Shown: positions 40,360-51,596 of the stretch, piece by piece
Numbering within the stretch: position 1 is the stretch's first letter
Layout of the letters: the number at the start of each line of letters is the position of its first letter
From: Alphaproteobacteria bacterium
GTDB lineage: Bacteria; Pseudomonadota; Alphaproteobacteria; UBA8317
Length of the DNA stretch: 64,000 nucleotides
Direction: 5' to 3'
Assembly: GCA_038131935.1 (NCBI GenBank)
Contig: JAYPQH010000032.1
Coordinates: 1 to 64,000 of the forward strand
Notes under the pieces: model-generated
What the model was told of the DNA's origin: nothing
Databases searched by the model: none
Seen by the model: only the letters and a program-made list of their open reading frames with translations
Made by a program: the position numbers and the translations under genes

Positions 40360-41337
40360 TCAGAAATGAAATTTTTTGCCGTCAGGATGTGTCCCTCGAA
40401 TCCAACGCACGGTTCCTGTTGATGAGCGCATCACAACCGTATCTGTTTCAAAACCCGCACCTATTTTCCGCACACCACGCAACATGGAACCATTTGTTAC
40501 CCCAGTCGCAGCAAACATAACATCACCGGAAGCCATCTCTTGTATGTTATATTTTTTGGCAAGATCAGTTATGCCAATGCGTGTAGCTCTGGCACGTTCT
40601 TCATCATTTCTGAATACCAAACGCCCTTGCATCTGCCCACCAATACATCTCAGCGCCGCAGCGGCCAGAACGCCTTCTGGTGCGCCCCCAACGCCTAAAT
40701 AAATATCAATACCTGTGGCTGGATCTGTAGTATGAATGACCCCTGCAACGTCTCCATCTGTGATCAATCTAATACTAGCACCAGTCGAACGAACTTTTTC
40801 AATAATTTCTGCATGCCTTGGACGATCTAAAACACAAGCCGTGATATCAGAAGCGGCAACATTTTTCGCTTCAGCAAGTGCTAAGATATTATCCGCTGGA
40901 TCTCGATCAAGATCAACAATCCCTTCTGGGAAGCCAGGCCCTACGGCTATTTTGTCCATATACACATCAGGGGCATGTAATAATGACCCACCCTCTGCCA
41001 TGGCAATGGTCGCGATTGAATTGGGCATGGCCTTTGCGCACAGTGTTGTACCTTCTAACGGGTCAAGTGCTATGTCTACTTTGGGACCATCTCCTGTTCC
41101 AACTTTTTCACCAATAAACAGCATCGGAGCCTCGTCACGCTCCCCTTCACCAATAACAACGGTACCGTCAATAGGAAGATTATTTAACGCTCTACGCATG
41201 GCATCTACTGCAGCCTGGTCAGCCGCTTTTTCGTCACCCCGACCAATCAAACCAAAACAGGCCACTGCGGCTGCTTCTGTCACACGTACAATTTCTAGGG
41301 TTAAAACCCTATTCAACATGGTATCGTCATTTGGCAT
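40360..41337 (-). CDS. glpX: Class II fructose-1,6-bisphosphatase
   Basis: RVTEAAA, VVIGEGERDEAPML, DPLEGT, DRPRH, GGAPEGV. Confidence 0.97.
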   Translation of the reverse strand: MPNDDTMLNRVLTLEIVRVTEAAAVACFGLIGRGDEKAADQAAVDAMRRALNNLPIDGTVVIGEGERDEAPMLFIGEKVGTGDGPKVDIALDPLEGTTLCAKAMPNSIATIAMAEGGSLLHAPDVYMDKIAVGPGFPEGIVDLDRDPADNILALAEAKNVAASDITACVLDRPRHAEIIEKVRSTGASIRLITDGDVAGVIHTTDPATGIDIYLGVGGAPEGVLAAAALRCIGGQMQGRLVFRNDEERARATRIGITDLAKKYNIQEMASGDVMFAATGVTNGSMLRGVRKIGAGFETDTVVMRSSTGTVRWIRGTHPDGKKFHF

Positions 41338-41365
41338 ATATCATTTTCCTCTTCATGTTCCCTAC

Positions 41366-42651
41366 TCAAGGTCGTTGAATTTCCATCACAACAGGTTGTT
41401 CAAGAACAACTGATTGCTCAGCTATTTTGCTGGTCGCTTTGAAAAGTGCTACACGAGAAGCTTCATGGGTCAACAAAACCAACGGAACATACTCTCCCGG
41501 TGCACGGTTTTTTGAATGACGCTATCAATTGAAATATGGTTTTCAGCAAAAATTTTGGTGATCGCCGCCAAAACACCTGGCTCATCTCTGACAAGCAAAC
41601 GCACATAAAATGCTCCTGTACCAATATCTTCGCCAACTTCTAACGCTTCTCTCAAATGCTGCGAAGGCTTCCCAAAAACTGGTAATTTTGCCCCTCTTGC
41701 GACATCAGCAATATCAGCCACAACGGCTGAGCCGGTTGGACCTGCACCTGCACCTCGACCATCAATCATGACATGCCCAACTGGTTGTGCATCAACAAGA
41801 ACAGCATTAAAAACATCATCGACGGAAGCCAGTGGCTCGTCAGCGGGAACCAGAGCAAGTGAGACACGTTGCTGCAATTTTTCATTCACCATTTCAGCAA
41901 CTGCTAATAATTTTACTCGAAATCCAAGTTCACGGGCATAATTAATATCATCGATACAGATATCTCGAATACCAGATACGGAGACCGCTGCAAAATTAGG
42001 TTTTGTTCCAAAAGCCAAAGCCGCGAGTATGGCAATCTTATGGGCTGCATCAATGCCATCTATATCAAAAGATGGATCAGCTTCTGCATAACCTGCATCT
42101 TGGGCTCGTTGAAGCATCACCGAAAATTCCGTACTCTCTTCGCTCATTGCTGAGAGAATGTAATTGCATGTGCCATTGAGAATACCACTTATTTTTCGAA
42201 CTTCATTCCCTATGAGGCCTTCTTGCAAAACCTTTAAAATAGGTATGCCACCAGCAACCGCTGCCTCAAAACGGAGGTTAACACCGTTTTTTTCAGCCAA
42301 GCTTGCCAGTTCAAATCCATGCTCTGCAATCATAGCTTTGTTGGCTGTGACAACATGCTTACCATGAGCCAATGCTAGTTTTGTTGCTTGAAGGGCTATG
42401 CCATCAGCACCCCCTATTAGTTCGACAAATATGTCTACATCTTCTCTTGTCGCAAGGCTTAAAGCATCTTCAACATAATCGTATCCAGATAAATCAATGC
42501 CTCTATCTCTCTTTGAACGGGCACTAACGGCTACTATTTGCAAAGAAACGCCTAATTTATCCTGAATTTTGTTATATTGGCGCTGCAAAATATCAATTGT
42601 TCCAACACCAACAGTACCCAAACCTGCAATGGCAACATTTACATGATTCAT
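41366..42651 (-). CDS. hom: Homoserine dehydrogenase with ACT domain (indel near C-terminus)
   Basis: GLGTVG, VVTANK, EAAVAGGIP, GILNGTCNYIL, GYAEADP, GAGAGPTGSAV, DEPGVLA. Confidence 0.95.
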
Positions 42652-43868
42652 GCTGGCACCTCCCATTCCTCATAGATATCTTTAACGCCATGGCGCTGGA
42701 ACATCTTTCGTACTGATCGTGCGGCTTGACGAATACGTTGTTCATTTTCAACCAACCCAATACGCACAAAACCTTCGCCATGCTCCCCAAAACCAATCCC
42801 TGGCGCCACTGCAACACCAGCTTCCTGCAAGAGAAGTTTCGAGAATTCAAGAGATCCCAAGTCCGAAAATGCTGATGGTATTGGCGCCCAAGCAAACATT
42901 GTTGCTTGAGGTGAGGGAATTTGCCAGCCAGATCGATGCATAGAATCAATTAAAACGTCACGACGATGTTGGTATGTTTGCCTTATTTGCTCCACACATT
43001 CTTGAGGGCCATTGAGAGCAGCAGCAGAAGCAACCTGCACAGGTGTGAATGCACCATAGTCAAGGTAGGACTTAATGCGTGTTAATGCGGCAATGAGATG
43101 TCGGTTTCCAACAGCGAACCCTATGCGCCAACCTGGCATAGCATAAGTTTTGGACATTGTTGTAAACTCCACAGCAACATCCCTTGCGCCTTCCACCTCA
43201 AGAATGGAGGGAGGTGCTTTTCCATCAAAATAAATCTCAGAATATGCCAAATCAGAGAGAATAAAGATGTTGTGTTTTTTAGCAAATTTAACGATTTCCC
43301 GATAAAAATTTAGATCCACCACTTGAGCTGTTGGATTAGAGGGATAATTAATGACAATCATCGTGGGAGCTGGCACAGAATGCCGAACCGCATGATTGAT
43401 ACCCTCCAAAAACAAATCTGGAGAACGTGCAGGAATTTGGCGAACACTTGCACCTGCTATAATGAATCCAAAAGCGTGTATTGGATAAGCTGGCGATGGT
43501 ACCAGAATGACATCACCAGGTGCGGTGATGGCCTGCGCCAAATTGGCAAGTCCTTCTTTTGACCCCAAAGTAACGATGACTTCGTCTTCTGGATCAAGTG
43601 TTACGCCAAAGCGTCGCTGGTAATAAGCTGCCTGTGCTCGCCGCAACCCAGGAATACCGCGCGAACTTGAGTAGCGATGCGTTTTGGGATTTGCCACCGC
43701 TTCGTTCAATTTATCCACAATATGCTGAGGGGTTGGCATATCTGGATTCCCCATACCGAAGTCAATGATATCTTCACCACGACCCCGCGCTTGGGCTTTT
43801 AACTTATTCACGGCCTCGAATACATATGGCGGCAATCTTTTGATACGATAAAAATCACTATGTAGCAT
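42648..43868 (-). CDS. Class I aminotransferase (LL-diaminopimelate aminotransferase / AlaC-like)
   Basis: RIKRLPPYVF, DFGMGNPD, TLGSKEG, NYPSNPT, SDLAY, MSKTY.MPGWRIG. Confidence 0.9.
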   Translation of the reverse strand: MLHSDFYRIKRLPPYVFEAVNKLKAQARGRGEDIIDFGMGNPDMPTPQHIVDKLNEAVANPKTHRYSSSRGIPGLRRAQAAYYQRRFGVTLDPEDEVIVTLGSKEGLANLAQAITAPGDVILVPSPAYPIHAFGFIIAGASVRQIPARSPDLFLEGINHAVRHSVPAPTMIVINYPSNPTAQVVDLNFYREIVKFAKKHNIFILSDLAYSEIYFDGKAPPSILEVEGARDVAVEFTTMSKTYAMPGWRIGFAVGNRHLIAALTRIKSYLDYGAFTPVQVASAAALNGPQECVEQIRQTYQHRRDVLIDSMHRSGWQIPSPQATMFAWAPIPSAFSDLGSLEFSKLLLQEAGVAVAPGIGFGEHGEGFVRIGLVENEQRIRQAARSVRKMFQRHGVKDIYEEWEVPA

Positions 43869-43915
43869 TTTACTGTCTTGGTCCTGGTTCGCACATTTTA
43901 CATTCTTCTCTATAA

Positions 43916-44170
43916 TCACTCGGATGCAAACGCACCATCCCCCCTCTGTGAGAAACGTTTGTCCTCTGACTCTTTTGCAAGGCCTTTTTCTATATTCTCA
44001 AAATCTTTTTGATTCATGCTTGGTCGGGTGGGGTAAACATGTGATTGCAAACTTGGCGCATTTGATGTCTTTTCAAAATGACAAGCACAAAGAATTGCAC
44101 TGGTTGCCAACATTAACACCCACCGACATGTCTTTTTGCTAATCACTCTGCTTATGTTATGTGATATCAT
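43916..44170 (-). CDS. Small hypothetical lipoprotein
   Basis: Basic N-terminus, hydrophobic stretch and LCAC lipobox-like motif. Confidence 0.5.
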   Translation of the reverse strand: MISHNISRVISKKTCRWVLMLATSAILCACHFEKTSNAPSLQSHVYPTRPSMNQKDFENIEKGLAKESEDKRFSQRGDGAFASE

Positions 44171-44215
44171 TGCTGAAAATACCTATTTGACCGTCTTTAT
44201 CAGGAGCTCATAATC

Positions 44216-46045
44216 ATGTCTGATAGCAAGCACACAAGCCAATTTGATGCAGCAGCCCAAATGAATGCCGTTGAGCTTGCCCAAAACATGGCTCAAGCCG
44301 CGGCACATCTTCAAAAAATCCAAACAGAGCTGGCTACATTTCATTATGAAAACAAGGGGCCCATACAATTAGATCCTCTTAATCTCACAGCGACGTTTAA
44401 AACGTTTATGCAATTGGTGACAGACCACCCACAAGAGATTGCCAATGCTCAATTCAGACTCATGGAGCAATACTCCCAACTCTGCCAAAATATGATGGCT
44501 CGGATGAGTGGTAACGATGTCGCTCCCCTCGTGCAACCACCCAAAGGCGATAAGAGATTCAAAGATGATGGTTGGAATTTAGAAATTTTTGACTTTATCA
44601 AACAAGCCTACTTACTCACATCCAACTGGGCTGAAGAGACCTTAAAATCTATCGATTCGGACTTACCGGTTCGTGATAAGCGCAAAGTTGAATTTTATGC
44701 CAAGCAGTTTCTTGATGCACTTGCACCCTCCAATTTTACACTGACCAATCCAGAAGTTTTGCGAGAGTTTATGCTGTCCAATGGAGGTAATATTGCCAAA
44801 GGTTTGGAACATCTTGCCCACGACATAGAAAAAGGCCGTGGCCGTGTTATGATTACACAAACAGATGCGTCTCAATTCGAAGTGGGTCGAAATCTCGCAG
44901 CTACCCCGGGATCTGTTATTTACAAAAATGATTTGTGCGAACTCATTCAATACAACCCAACAACGAAGGAAGTTCGAGAAATCCCCATTTTGATCATACC
45001 CCCATGGATCAACAAATATTACATCTTAGACCTTCAAGAAAAAAACTCCCTGGTAAAATGGTTAACGGATGAAGGCTACACCGTGTTCATGGTGTCATGG
45101 GTAAACCCTGATGAGACACACAACCAAAAAACTTTTGCTGATTACATGGTGGAAGGAGCTATGGCGACAGTATCCGCAGTTGAGGCTGCTACCGGTGTAA
45201 AAAAACCTAACATCGTAGGGTATTGCATTGGTGGCACCATGCTCTCATGTGCACTTGCTTGGTGGGCGGCAAAAGGAAACACAGAACCTGTTAATTCAGC
45301 AACATTTTTTACGACCACACTTGATTTTTCAGACCCAGGAGATCTGAGCGTATTCATTGATGAGACACAAATCAGCAATATGGAAGAAACCATGCAGGCT
45401 CATGGTGGATTTCTTGAGGGCAGTGAAATGGCTACTGCGTTTTCGATGCTACGTGCCAACGATATGATTTGGTCATTTGTTGTCAATAACTATCTCTTGG
45501 GTAAAGACCCAATGCCCTTTGATTTACTTTATTGGAATAGTGACTCAACCCGTATGCCATTAAACATGCACGGATTTTACCTGAAACATTGCTACCTCAG
45601 AAATGATTTGGCGAATAAGCGGATGGTTTTGGGTGAAGAAATAATGGATCTTTCCAAAGTTCAGGTGCCTATTTTCATGCAGGCGGCAAAAGAAGACCAT
45701 ATTGCGACCTTTGATGCGGTATATCGTTCTGTGAAGCTATTAGGCTCACCATCCAAAAAATTTGTTTTGGCCGCTTCAGGTCATGTTGCTGGTGTTGTCA
45801 ATCCACCGAGTGCCCAAAAATATGTTCATTGGGTACCCAATTCAGACGCTTTACCCGATACGAAAGAGGAATGGATGGAACAAAGCACAGAAATCAAAGG
45901 ATCTTGGTGGCCAACATGGAAGGATTGGCTCGATGAACGCTCAGGTCCAATGGTCTCAGCACGACATCCGGGGGATGGAAAATTGGCAGTGATTGAACCA
46001 GCACCTGGGAGTTATGTCCGAAGGCAAGCGGTTCCTATTTCGTAA
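44216..46045 (+). CDS. phaC: Class I polyhydroxyalkanoate synthase
   Basis: DKRF, APSNF..TNPE, PPWINKYYILDL, GYCIGG catalytic Cys box, WNSD.TR, DHI, SGHVAG, APGSYV. Confidence 0.97.
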   Translation: MSDSKHTSQFDAAAQMNAVELAQNMAQAAAHLQKIQTELATFHYENKGPIQLDPLNLTATFKTFMQLVTDHPQEIANAQFRLMEQYSQLCQNMMARMSGNDVAPLVQPPKGDKRFKDDGWNLEIFDFIKQAYLLTSNWAEETLKSIDSDLPVRDKRKVEFYAKQFLDALAPSNFTLTNPEVLREFMLSNGGNIAKGLEHLAHDIEKGRGRVMITQTDASQFEVGRNLAATPGSVIYKNDLCELIQYNPTTKEVREIPILIIPPWINKYYILDLQEKNSLVKWLTDEGYTVFMVSWVNPDETHNQKTFADYMVEGAMATVSAVEAATGVKKPNIVGYCIGGTMLSCALAWWAAKGNTEPVNSATFFTTTLDFSDPGDLSVFIDETQISNMEETMQAHGGFLEGSEMATAFSMLRANDMIWSFVVNNYLLGKDPMPFDLLYWNSDSTRMPLNMHGFYLKHCYLRNDLANKRMVLGEEIMDLSKVQVPIFMQAAKEDHIATFDAVYRSVKLLGSPSKKFVLAASGHVAGVVNPPSAQKYVHWVPNSDALPDTKEEWMEQSTEIKGSWWPTWKDWLDERSGPMVSARHPGDGKLAVIEPAPGSYVRRQAVPIS

Positions 46046-46049
46046 TATG

Positions 46050-47078
46050 CTACGGCCTTAAAGGGGTAAGTTTCAGCGCAGTTGTTTCAGGGAAGCCGAA
46101 CATAATATTCATATTTTGTACGGCTTGCCCAGAAGCTCCTTTTACGAGGTTATCAATGGCTGATACAATAACTGCGCGATCTTTTTGCCTCTCTTCATGA
46201 ACAGATATACGAACATTATTTGTACCTCTTACCGCGCCGGTCATTGCAGCTTCCCCTTTTTGCAATATTTGAACAAAAGGTTCGTGCTCATAGGATTGTT
46301 TCAAGCATGAGCGGATTTCATCGGCAGAACCTTGCAGGTGTATGGTACTCAAAATCCCTCTGCCTATGGGTAACAAATGTGGCGTAAAGGAAAAACTACA
46401 GCCCTCGCCTGCCATGCGTAGTCCTTGGTCTATCTCTGGTATATGACGGTGTGCGCCTATCCCATATGCCAAGAAATTTTCATTCACTTCATTAAACAGA
46501 AGATTATCTCGAAGTGATCGCCCCGCACCTGACACACCAGATTTTGAATCCATCACAATATGCTGCGGAGCCAATATATTTTGCCTTATAAGGGGAATTA
46601 AAGGCATCAAAACACTCGTTGGGTAACAGCCAGGATTAGCCAACAATTGGGTGTTTTTAATGTCCTCTCGACACCATTCTGATAACCCGTAAACTGCGTG
46701 TTTTTGAAGGTCAACGGCCTTATGTTGTGCCCCATACCATTGGGCGTATTCATCAACATTCTTCAGTCTAAAGTCTGCTGACAGATCAATGATCCTGATT
46801 TGACCAGCTACAGCTGATACAACTTCTTGGGTTGTCCCATGTGGCAGTGCACAGAACAAGACATCTGCTTGATCTAACGCAATATCTTCCATTTTTTCCA
46901 AACGCAGATGAGGGTAAATGGCGCCTAAACCTGGATGGACATGATCAAGACTTTCTCCAGCTCTTCGATCGGCTGATACGGCAACAACCTCCACCTCTGA
47001 ATGCAAGGCAAGAATGCGCAACAGTTCTGCTCCTGTATACCCACTAGCACCAAACACAACTGCCTTAATTGCTGCCAT
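46050..47078 (-). CDS. argC: N-acetyl-gamma-glutamyl-phosphate reductase
   Basis: GASGYTG, ALPHG, DLSADFR, NPGCY, SGVSGAGR, HRH.PE, DNLVKGASGQA. Confidence 0.97.
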   Translation of the reverse strand: MAAIKAVVFGASGYTGAELLRILALHSEVEVVAVSADRRAGESLDHVHPGLGAIYPHLRLEKMEDIALDQADVLFCALPHGTTQEVVSAVAGQIRIIDLSADFRLKNVDEYAQWYGAQHKAVDLQKHAVYGLSEWCREDIKNTQLLANPGCYPTSVLMPLIPLIRQNILAPQHIVMDSKSGVSGAGRSLRDNLLFNEVNENFLAYGIGAHRHIPEIDQGLRMAGEGCSFSFTPHLLPIGRGILSTIHLQGSADEIRSCLKQSYEHEPFVQILQKGEAAMTGAVRGTNNVRISVHEERQKDRAVIVSAIDNLVKGASGQAVQNMNIMFGFPETTALKLTPLRP

Positions 47079-47176
47079 CCCTTTATTCCTTATGAAAAGA
47101 CCTTACGCATAATGGTCGACAGGTCATCATAAAGCTACATTCTTGGCAACCACCTTGATAATATTGAGAGGACCTC

Positions 47177-48226
47177 ATGAAAACCTTAAGCCTTTTGATC
47201 ATTACATTGATTTACTTATCGGCCCACGCGCACAGCAAAAATTATCAAACAACCATCATGGCAAAAGGCCTAGATCAGCCATGGGCATTAGCATTTTTGC
47301 CCAAAGGTGGCTTTTTGATCACCCAAAGATCAGGAGATCTTTTTTGTTTTGATGTGAATGGAAAAAAAACAAAAATATTAGGCACACCTAAGGTTTGGCA
47401 AAGAGGACAAGGGGGACTTTTGGACGTTATTGTTGATACAAATTTTGCCCAAACACAGCGTATTTTTCTGACATATGCTGACCCTCACGCAGGTGGAGGA
47501 CGCACAGCAGTGGGTGTCGGCAAACTGGATTGTTCGAGGGGACTGCTGAAAGAATTTCGACAAGTATTTTCAGAACCAAATGGACATCCATCAGGTTATC
47601 ATTTTGGCTCGCGAATTCTACAAATGGATCAAGATCACATCTTAATTAGCGTTGGCGATCGGGGAACACGAAACTGGGCACAGATACCCCATCTGGTACA
47701 AGGCAAAATGGTGAAAATTCGCATCGATGGTACAGGGTATGAAATTTGGAGTCTTGGGCACCGAAATCCACAGGGACTTACGAGAGATATAGATGGCCAT
47801 CCCATCATCGTTGAACATGGTCCCCAAGGTGGTGATGAAATTAACAAACCCAAATATAGAAAAAACTATGGCTGGCCATTATACACCTTCGGCGAAGAAT
47901 ATGGGGGTGGTCTCATAGGACCAGCTGCCTCACCTGAGGGTTTTGAACCTCCCCTATTCCATTGGACTCCCTCCATCGCACCGTCAGGATTGATGGTCTA
48001 TAAGGGAAACCAATTCCCTTCTTGGTACGGACATATTTTTACGGGTTCATTAAAATTTAATTATATCTCTCGCATCGTTAAAACCCCAGATGGTTATGAG
48101 GAGCAAGAAAGGCTTCTAGAAGACCAATTTGCGCGAATCCGGGATGTTCGCGAAGCGCCTGATGGAAGTATTTGGTTTCTTGCTGAAGCCGATGGAATGG
48201 CCGTCAAGATTGCCGTAGAGCCATAA
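47177..48226 (+). CDS. PQQ-dependent soluble aldose sugar dehydrogenase (YliI/Asd family)
   Basis: Signal peptide; PWALAFLP, GQGGLLD, HFGSRI, GHRNPQG, EHGPQGGDEIN, NYGWP, IAPSG, RIRDV. Confidence 0.9.
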   Translation: MKTLSLLIITLIYLSAHAHSKNYQTTIMAKGLDQPWALAFLPKGGFLITQRSGDLFCFDVNGKKTKILGTPKVWQRGQGGLLDVIVDTNFAQTQRIFLTYADPHAGGGRTAVGVGKLDCSRGLLKEFRQVFSEPNGHPSGYHFGSRILQMDQDHILISVGDRGTRNWAQIPHLVQGKMVKIRIDGTGYEIWSLGHRNPQGLTRDIDGHPIIVEHGPQGGDEINKPKYRKNYGWPLYTFGEEYGGGLIGPAASPEGFEPPLFHWTPSIAPSGLMVYKGNQFPSWYGHIFTGSLKFNYISRIVKTPDGYEEQERLLEDQFARIRDVREAPDGSIWFLAEADGMAVKIAVEP

Positions 48227-48284
48227 ATATACCGACACCTAATTGTTTCTATCATTGTCCATGATACGGACATATTGGGCAATT

Positions 48285-49501
48285 TTATGCTGGCGTCTCT
48301 GTTTTTTTGAAAACGAGCATAAGAAGAGAGCTGCCAGCGATGATCAAAAATGGAATCATTGCATAGTTAACAGCCTGCCAGCCCGCTACAGGGTCGCCAC
48401 CAGAGCAGTTCATTAAGCCACCGGATGCCAAAGAAGCGATGGTGACCATACCAAAAACCGCGAAGTCATTAAAACCTTGAATACGTCCTCTTTCAGATGG
48501 TGAATGTGCCGACGCCAACATGCTGGTGGCCCCAATAAAGCCGAAGTTCCAACCAACCCCTAACAGAGCTAATGCAAGGTAAAAATCCATCAGATCTACC
48601 CCAGACAAACCAACAATACCTGCACCCATCAAAATAGCCAATCCAGCGCCAACAATTTTCTCGGCCCCAAAACGAACAATGAGATGTCCCGTAAAAAAGC
48701 TAGGAAAATACATAGACAGGACATGAATGGACACAACGTTGGCTGCGTCATTGGTTTCAAAACCACATCCTACAACTGCTAAGGGTGTTGAGGTCATGAC
48801 CAGGTTCATCAACGAATACGATACCATTGCACACAATATGGCAACGATAATCTTCGGTGTTTTTAACATTTCCCACAATGAACGACCGTCACCAGAATTG
48901 GCTGTTTTTTGTGGTCTTGGGATATGTAAAAAGAAAAACATCAACCCACCAATAATATTTAAGAAAAAACTGCAAGATATGCACCTGCAAAAGGGATTGG
49001 GGCCAAACTATCCATAAATAACTTAACCATTTGAGGCCCAATGATCGCCGCCAATAACCCACCAGCCATCACAATAGAAATCGCTTTTGGACGGAATTTC
49101 TCCGATGCCATGTCGGTTGCTGCAAATCTATAAAAGCCATGCGCAGACATATAGACACCAGTGAACCCACAGCCACAAAGCATCAATTCAAAGGATCGCT
49201 CATATATAGCAATGCAACAAATCAATCCTCCTAAAGCGCCCGCCATAACACCAATAAAAAAGCCCGTTTTTCGGCCCCATACCTGCATGATGCGTGACAT
49301 AGGTTGTGCAGAGAGCATCGAGCAGAAAACAATCATAGAAAGTGGTAACGTTGCCAAACAGGCGCTGGGCGCCAATGTTTGACCCACCAACCCTCCAAGA
49401 ACAAAGTTTACGGGAAGTTGAGCGCCCAAGATTGCTTGTGCTGATGACAGTATAAACGTGTTCCGAATAGCGATACGGTCACTGGTTTGGGTTTGGGTCA
49501 T
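48285..49501 (-). CDS. MFS transporter (frameshift ~48955)
   Basis: WGRKTGF, FYRFAATD, AISIVMAGG, MTSTPLA, LLGVGWNFGFIGAT. Confidence 0.88.
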
Positions 49502-49564
49502 ATAAAACTCATTGATACGAGGAATTTTCTGTCTGTATTGTCCCCTTAAGAACGAACGGAGAGT

Positions 49565-50347
49565 TTATTGAAGAAAAGTTGAGATGCCTGAATTTATGAT
49601 CCCGATACCTGCAAAAAACAAGAGTCCATAACAAATTTTATAAAAAAGCTCTGGATTGATACGGTCTACCAATCTCCACCCCACCCAAACACCTAAAGGA
49701 ATAGCAGGTAGCAAAATAAAACTGCTTACAACAGATTGAGGTGTGAATTGGCCTAACCAAAAATAAGGCCAAATCTTCAACTGATTGATTACAAAAAAGA
49801 AATATACACTGGTACCCATAAAATTTCTCACCGATAGCCTTTTGGGCAGAAGGTACATTTTTACAGGACCACCGCCGGCATGAGCAATGAAACTTGTAAA
49901 GCCTGCAAGGCCACCACAAAACACACCCCAGATTGTCTCGTACCCTTGGGAGAGCTTTACTTGGCGCGTTGGAATAAAAAACGTTCCTGCAAAAACAACC
50001 ATGAGTGAGCCAAGAATAATTTTTAGGATATTTTCATCTACGGCATGGAAGGTAAGTGCTCCCAAACCAATACCAAGAAGTGCACCGGGAATGAGGATGG
50101 CAAGATGGGCCCAAGACCAATCACGTCGATAGTTCCATAAATTTGCCAGATCAATGATGCAAAGAATGGGCAGTAAAATGGCCACAGCCTCAAATGGTGA
50201 GACCCAAAATACCAAAATGGGGACCGATAATTGACCCAAGCCCCCACCTAATCCACTTTTTGAAACACCAGTGATGAATACCGACACAAGCCCCACCAAT
50301 ATAAATCCCCAATCTAATTGTGTTAAAATGAGGAATGCATCGTTCAT
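49565..50347 (-). CDS. TauE/SafE family (sulfite exporter) membrane protein
   Basis: GVSKSGLGGG, GFTSFIAHAGG, N.LKI.PY; multi-TM. Confidence 0.85.
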   Translation of the reverse strand: MNDAFLILTQLDWGFILVGLVSVFITGVSKSGLGGGLGQLSVPILVFWVSPFEAVAILLPILCIIDLANLWNYRRDWSWAHLAILIPGALLGIGLGALTFHAVDENILKIILGSLMVVFAGTFFIPTRQVKLSQGYETIWGVFCGGLAGFTSFIAHAGGGPVKMYLLPKRLSVRNFMGTSVYFFFVINQLKIWPYFWLGQFTPQSVVSSFILLPAIPLGVWVGWRLVDRINPELFYKICYGLLFFAGIGIINSGISTFLQ

Positions 50348-50458
50348 GAGATGGCCAAGGGAAATAGGGGTTGAAGAAAATAACTCAGATGCTGTTAATA
50401 AACCATGCATCTTCCTATTGTCCATAAACCAAGACTCGTATTCAAAAAGGACCAGGCT

Positions 50459-51529
50459 ATGACCCAAAATAATCCATCATCACCAAGGTATCATGTGGAA
50501 GACATGCTTACATTTGGATCTGCAATTCTCAATGCTTCAGGCCTTCCTAAAGACCGTGCCAAAGTTGTGGCTGAAATCTTGTTAGAAGGGGATTTAATGG
50601 GCCATACAACTCATGGATTCCAACTCTTGGGGCCTTATGCTGATGCTGCTGCAAATGGGAGTATGAACACAGATGGGCAAATAAGTATTTTGCGTGATAA
50701 TCCCGCCCTTATGCTTTGGGACGGTTGTTGGTTACCAGGTCCATGGCTGGTTCAAGAAGCGATAAAAGAAGCTCAAAAACGTGCAAAAATTTATGGCCAA
50801 GCAAGTATAGTCATTCGAAGGAGCCATCATATTGCCAGCCTTGCGTCATACTTAAGAGCACCTGCTGAAAATGGTTTTTATATCACCATTGCAACCTCCG
50901 ACCCTGCCGTAGCTTCTGTCGCACCTTATGGAGGAATAAATCCTGTTTACACCCCCAACCCTATAGCCATTGGCTATCCCACACAAAAAGATCCTGTCAT
51001 TATAGATGTGAGTATGTCCATAACAACAAATGGTATGAGCAAAAGAAATTTTGACAATGGCAACTTATTTTCCCATGAATGGATGCTTGATGCCTCTGGA
51101 CAACCAACCCGAGATCCCGCGGTTCTTTTTCAACAGCCATCAGGTAGTATTCTACCTATGGGAGGGATGGACCATGGACATAAAGGTTTTGGCCTAGGTT
51201 TGCATGTTGAAGCTTACACCTCAGCATTATCAGGCTATGGGCGTGCTGACCAACCATCGAGATGGGGGGCAAGTTTACATATCCAAGTGATAGACGTTGA
51301 AGCAGCTGGCGGTCTTGAATCATTTACAAGAGAAACACAGTTTTTGATGGACGCTTGTTTAAAAAGTGAGCCCGCTAAAGGCCAAAAAGGCGTGCGTATA
51401 CCTGGAAGCAGAGGATTGGCATTAAGACGTGAACAACTTCAAAAAGGCATTCAGTTTTATGACGGTATCATTGAAGGACTAACCGAAAAAGCGACGAAAT
51501 ACGGAATTTTAATTCCCTCTGCATTGTAG
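50459..51529 (+). CDS. Ldh_2 family NAD(P)-dependent oxidoreductase (malate/lactate/ureidoglycolate/sulfolactate DH family)
   Basis: DLMGHTTHG, SHH, VAPYGG...TPNPIA, GGMDHGHKGFGL, VRIPG. Confidence 0.9.
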   Translation: MTQNNPSSPRYHVEDMLTFGSAILNASGLPKDRAKVVAEILLEGDLMGHTTHGFQLLGPYADAAANGSMNTDGQISILRDNPALMLWDGCWLPGPWLVQEAIKEAQKRAKIYGQASIVIRRSHHIASLASYLRAPAENGFYITIATSDPAVASVAPYGGINPVYTPNPIAIGYPTQKDPVIIDVSMSITTNGMSKRNFDNGNLFSHEWMLDASGQPTRDPAVLFQQPSGSILPMGGMDHGHKGFGLGLHVEAYTSALSGYGRADQPSRWGASLHIQVIDVEAAGGLESFTRETQFLMDACLKSEPAKGQKGVRIPGSRGLALRREQLQKGIQFYDGIIEGLTEKATKYGILIPSAL

Positions 51530-51596
51530 CATGTATGTTTAGGTACGAACTTCAATTTCATGATAGAATTAAAAGCACATAATCATAAAATTTACG

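Noticed and set aside
40736-41413. 225-aa plus-strand ORF (also 39225-39725, 40376-40702, 57853-58590 and similar)
   Set aside because: These are antisense shadows of well-supported genes (glpX, recJ, dctM) with no recognisable motifs.
44216-46045. phaC without neighbouring phaA/phaB as unusual
   Set aside because: A standalone phaC divergent from the aminotransferase-hom-glpX-recJ block is a common alphaproteobacterial arrangement.
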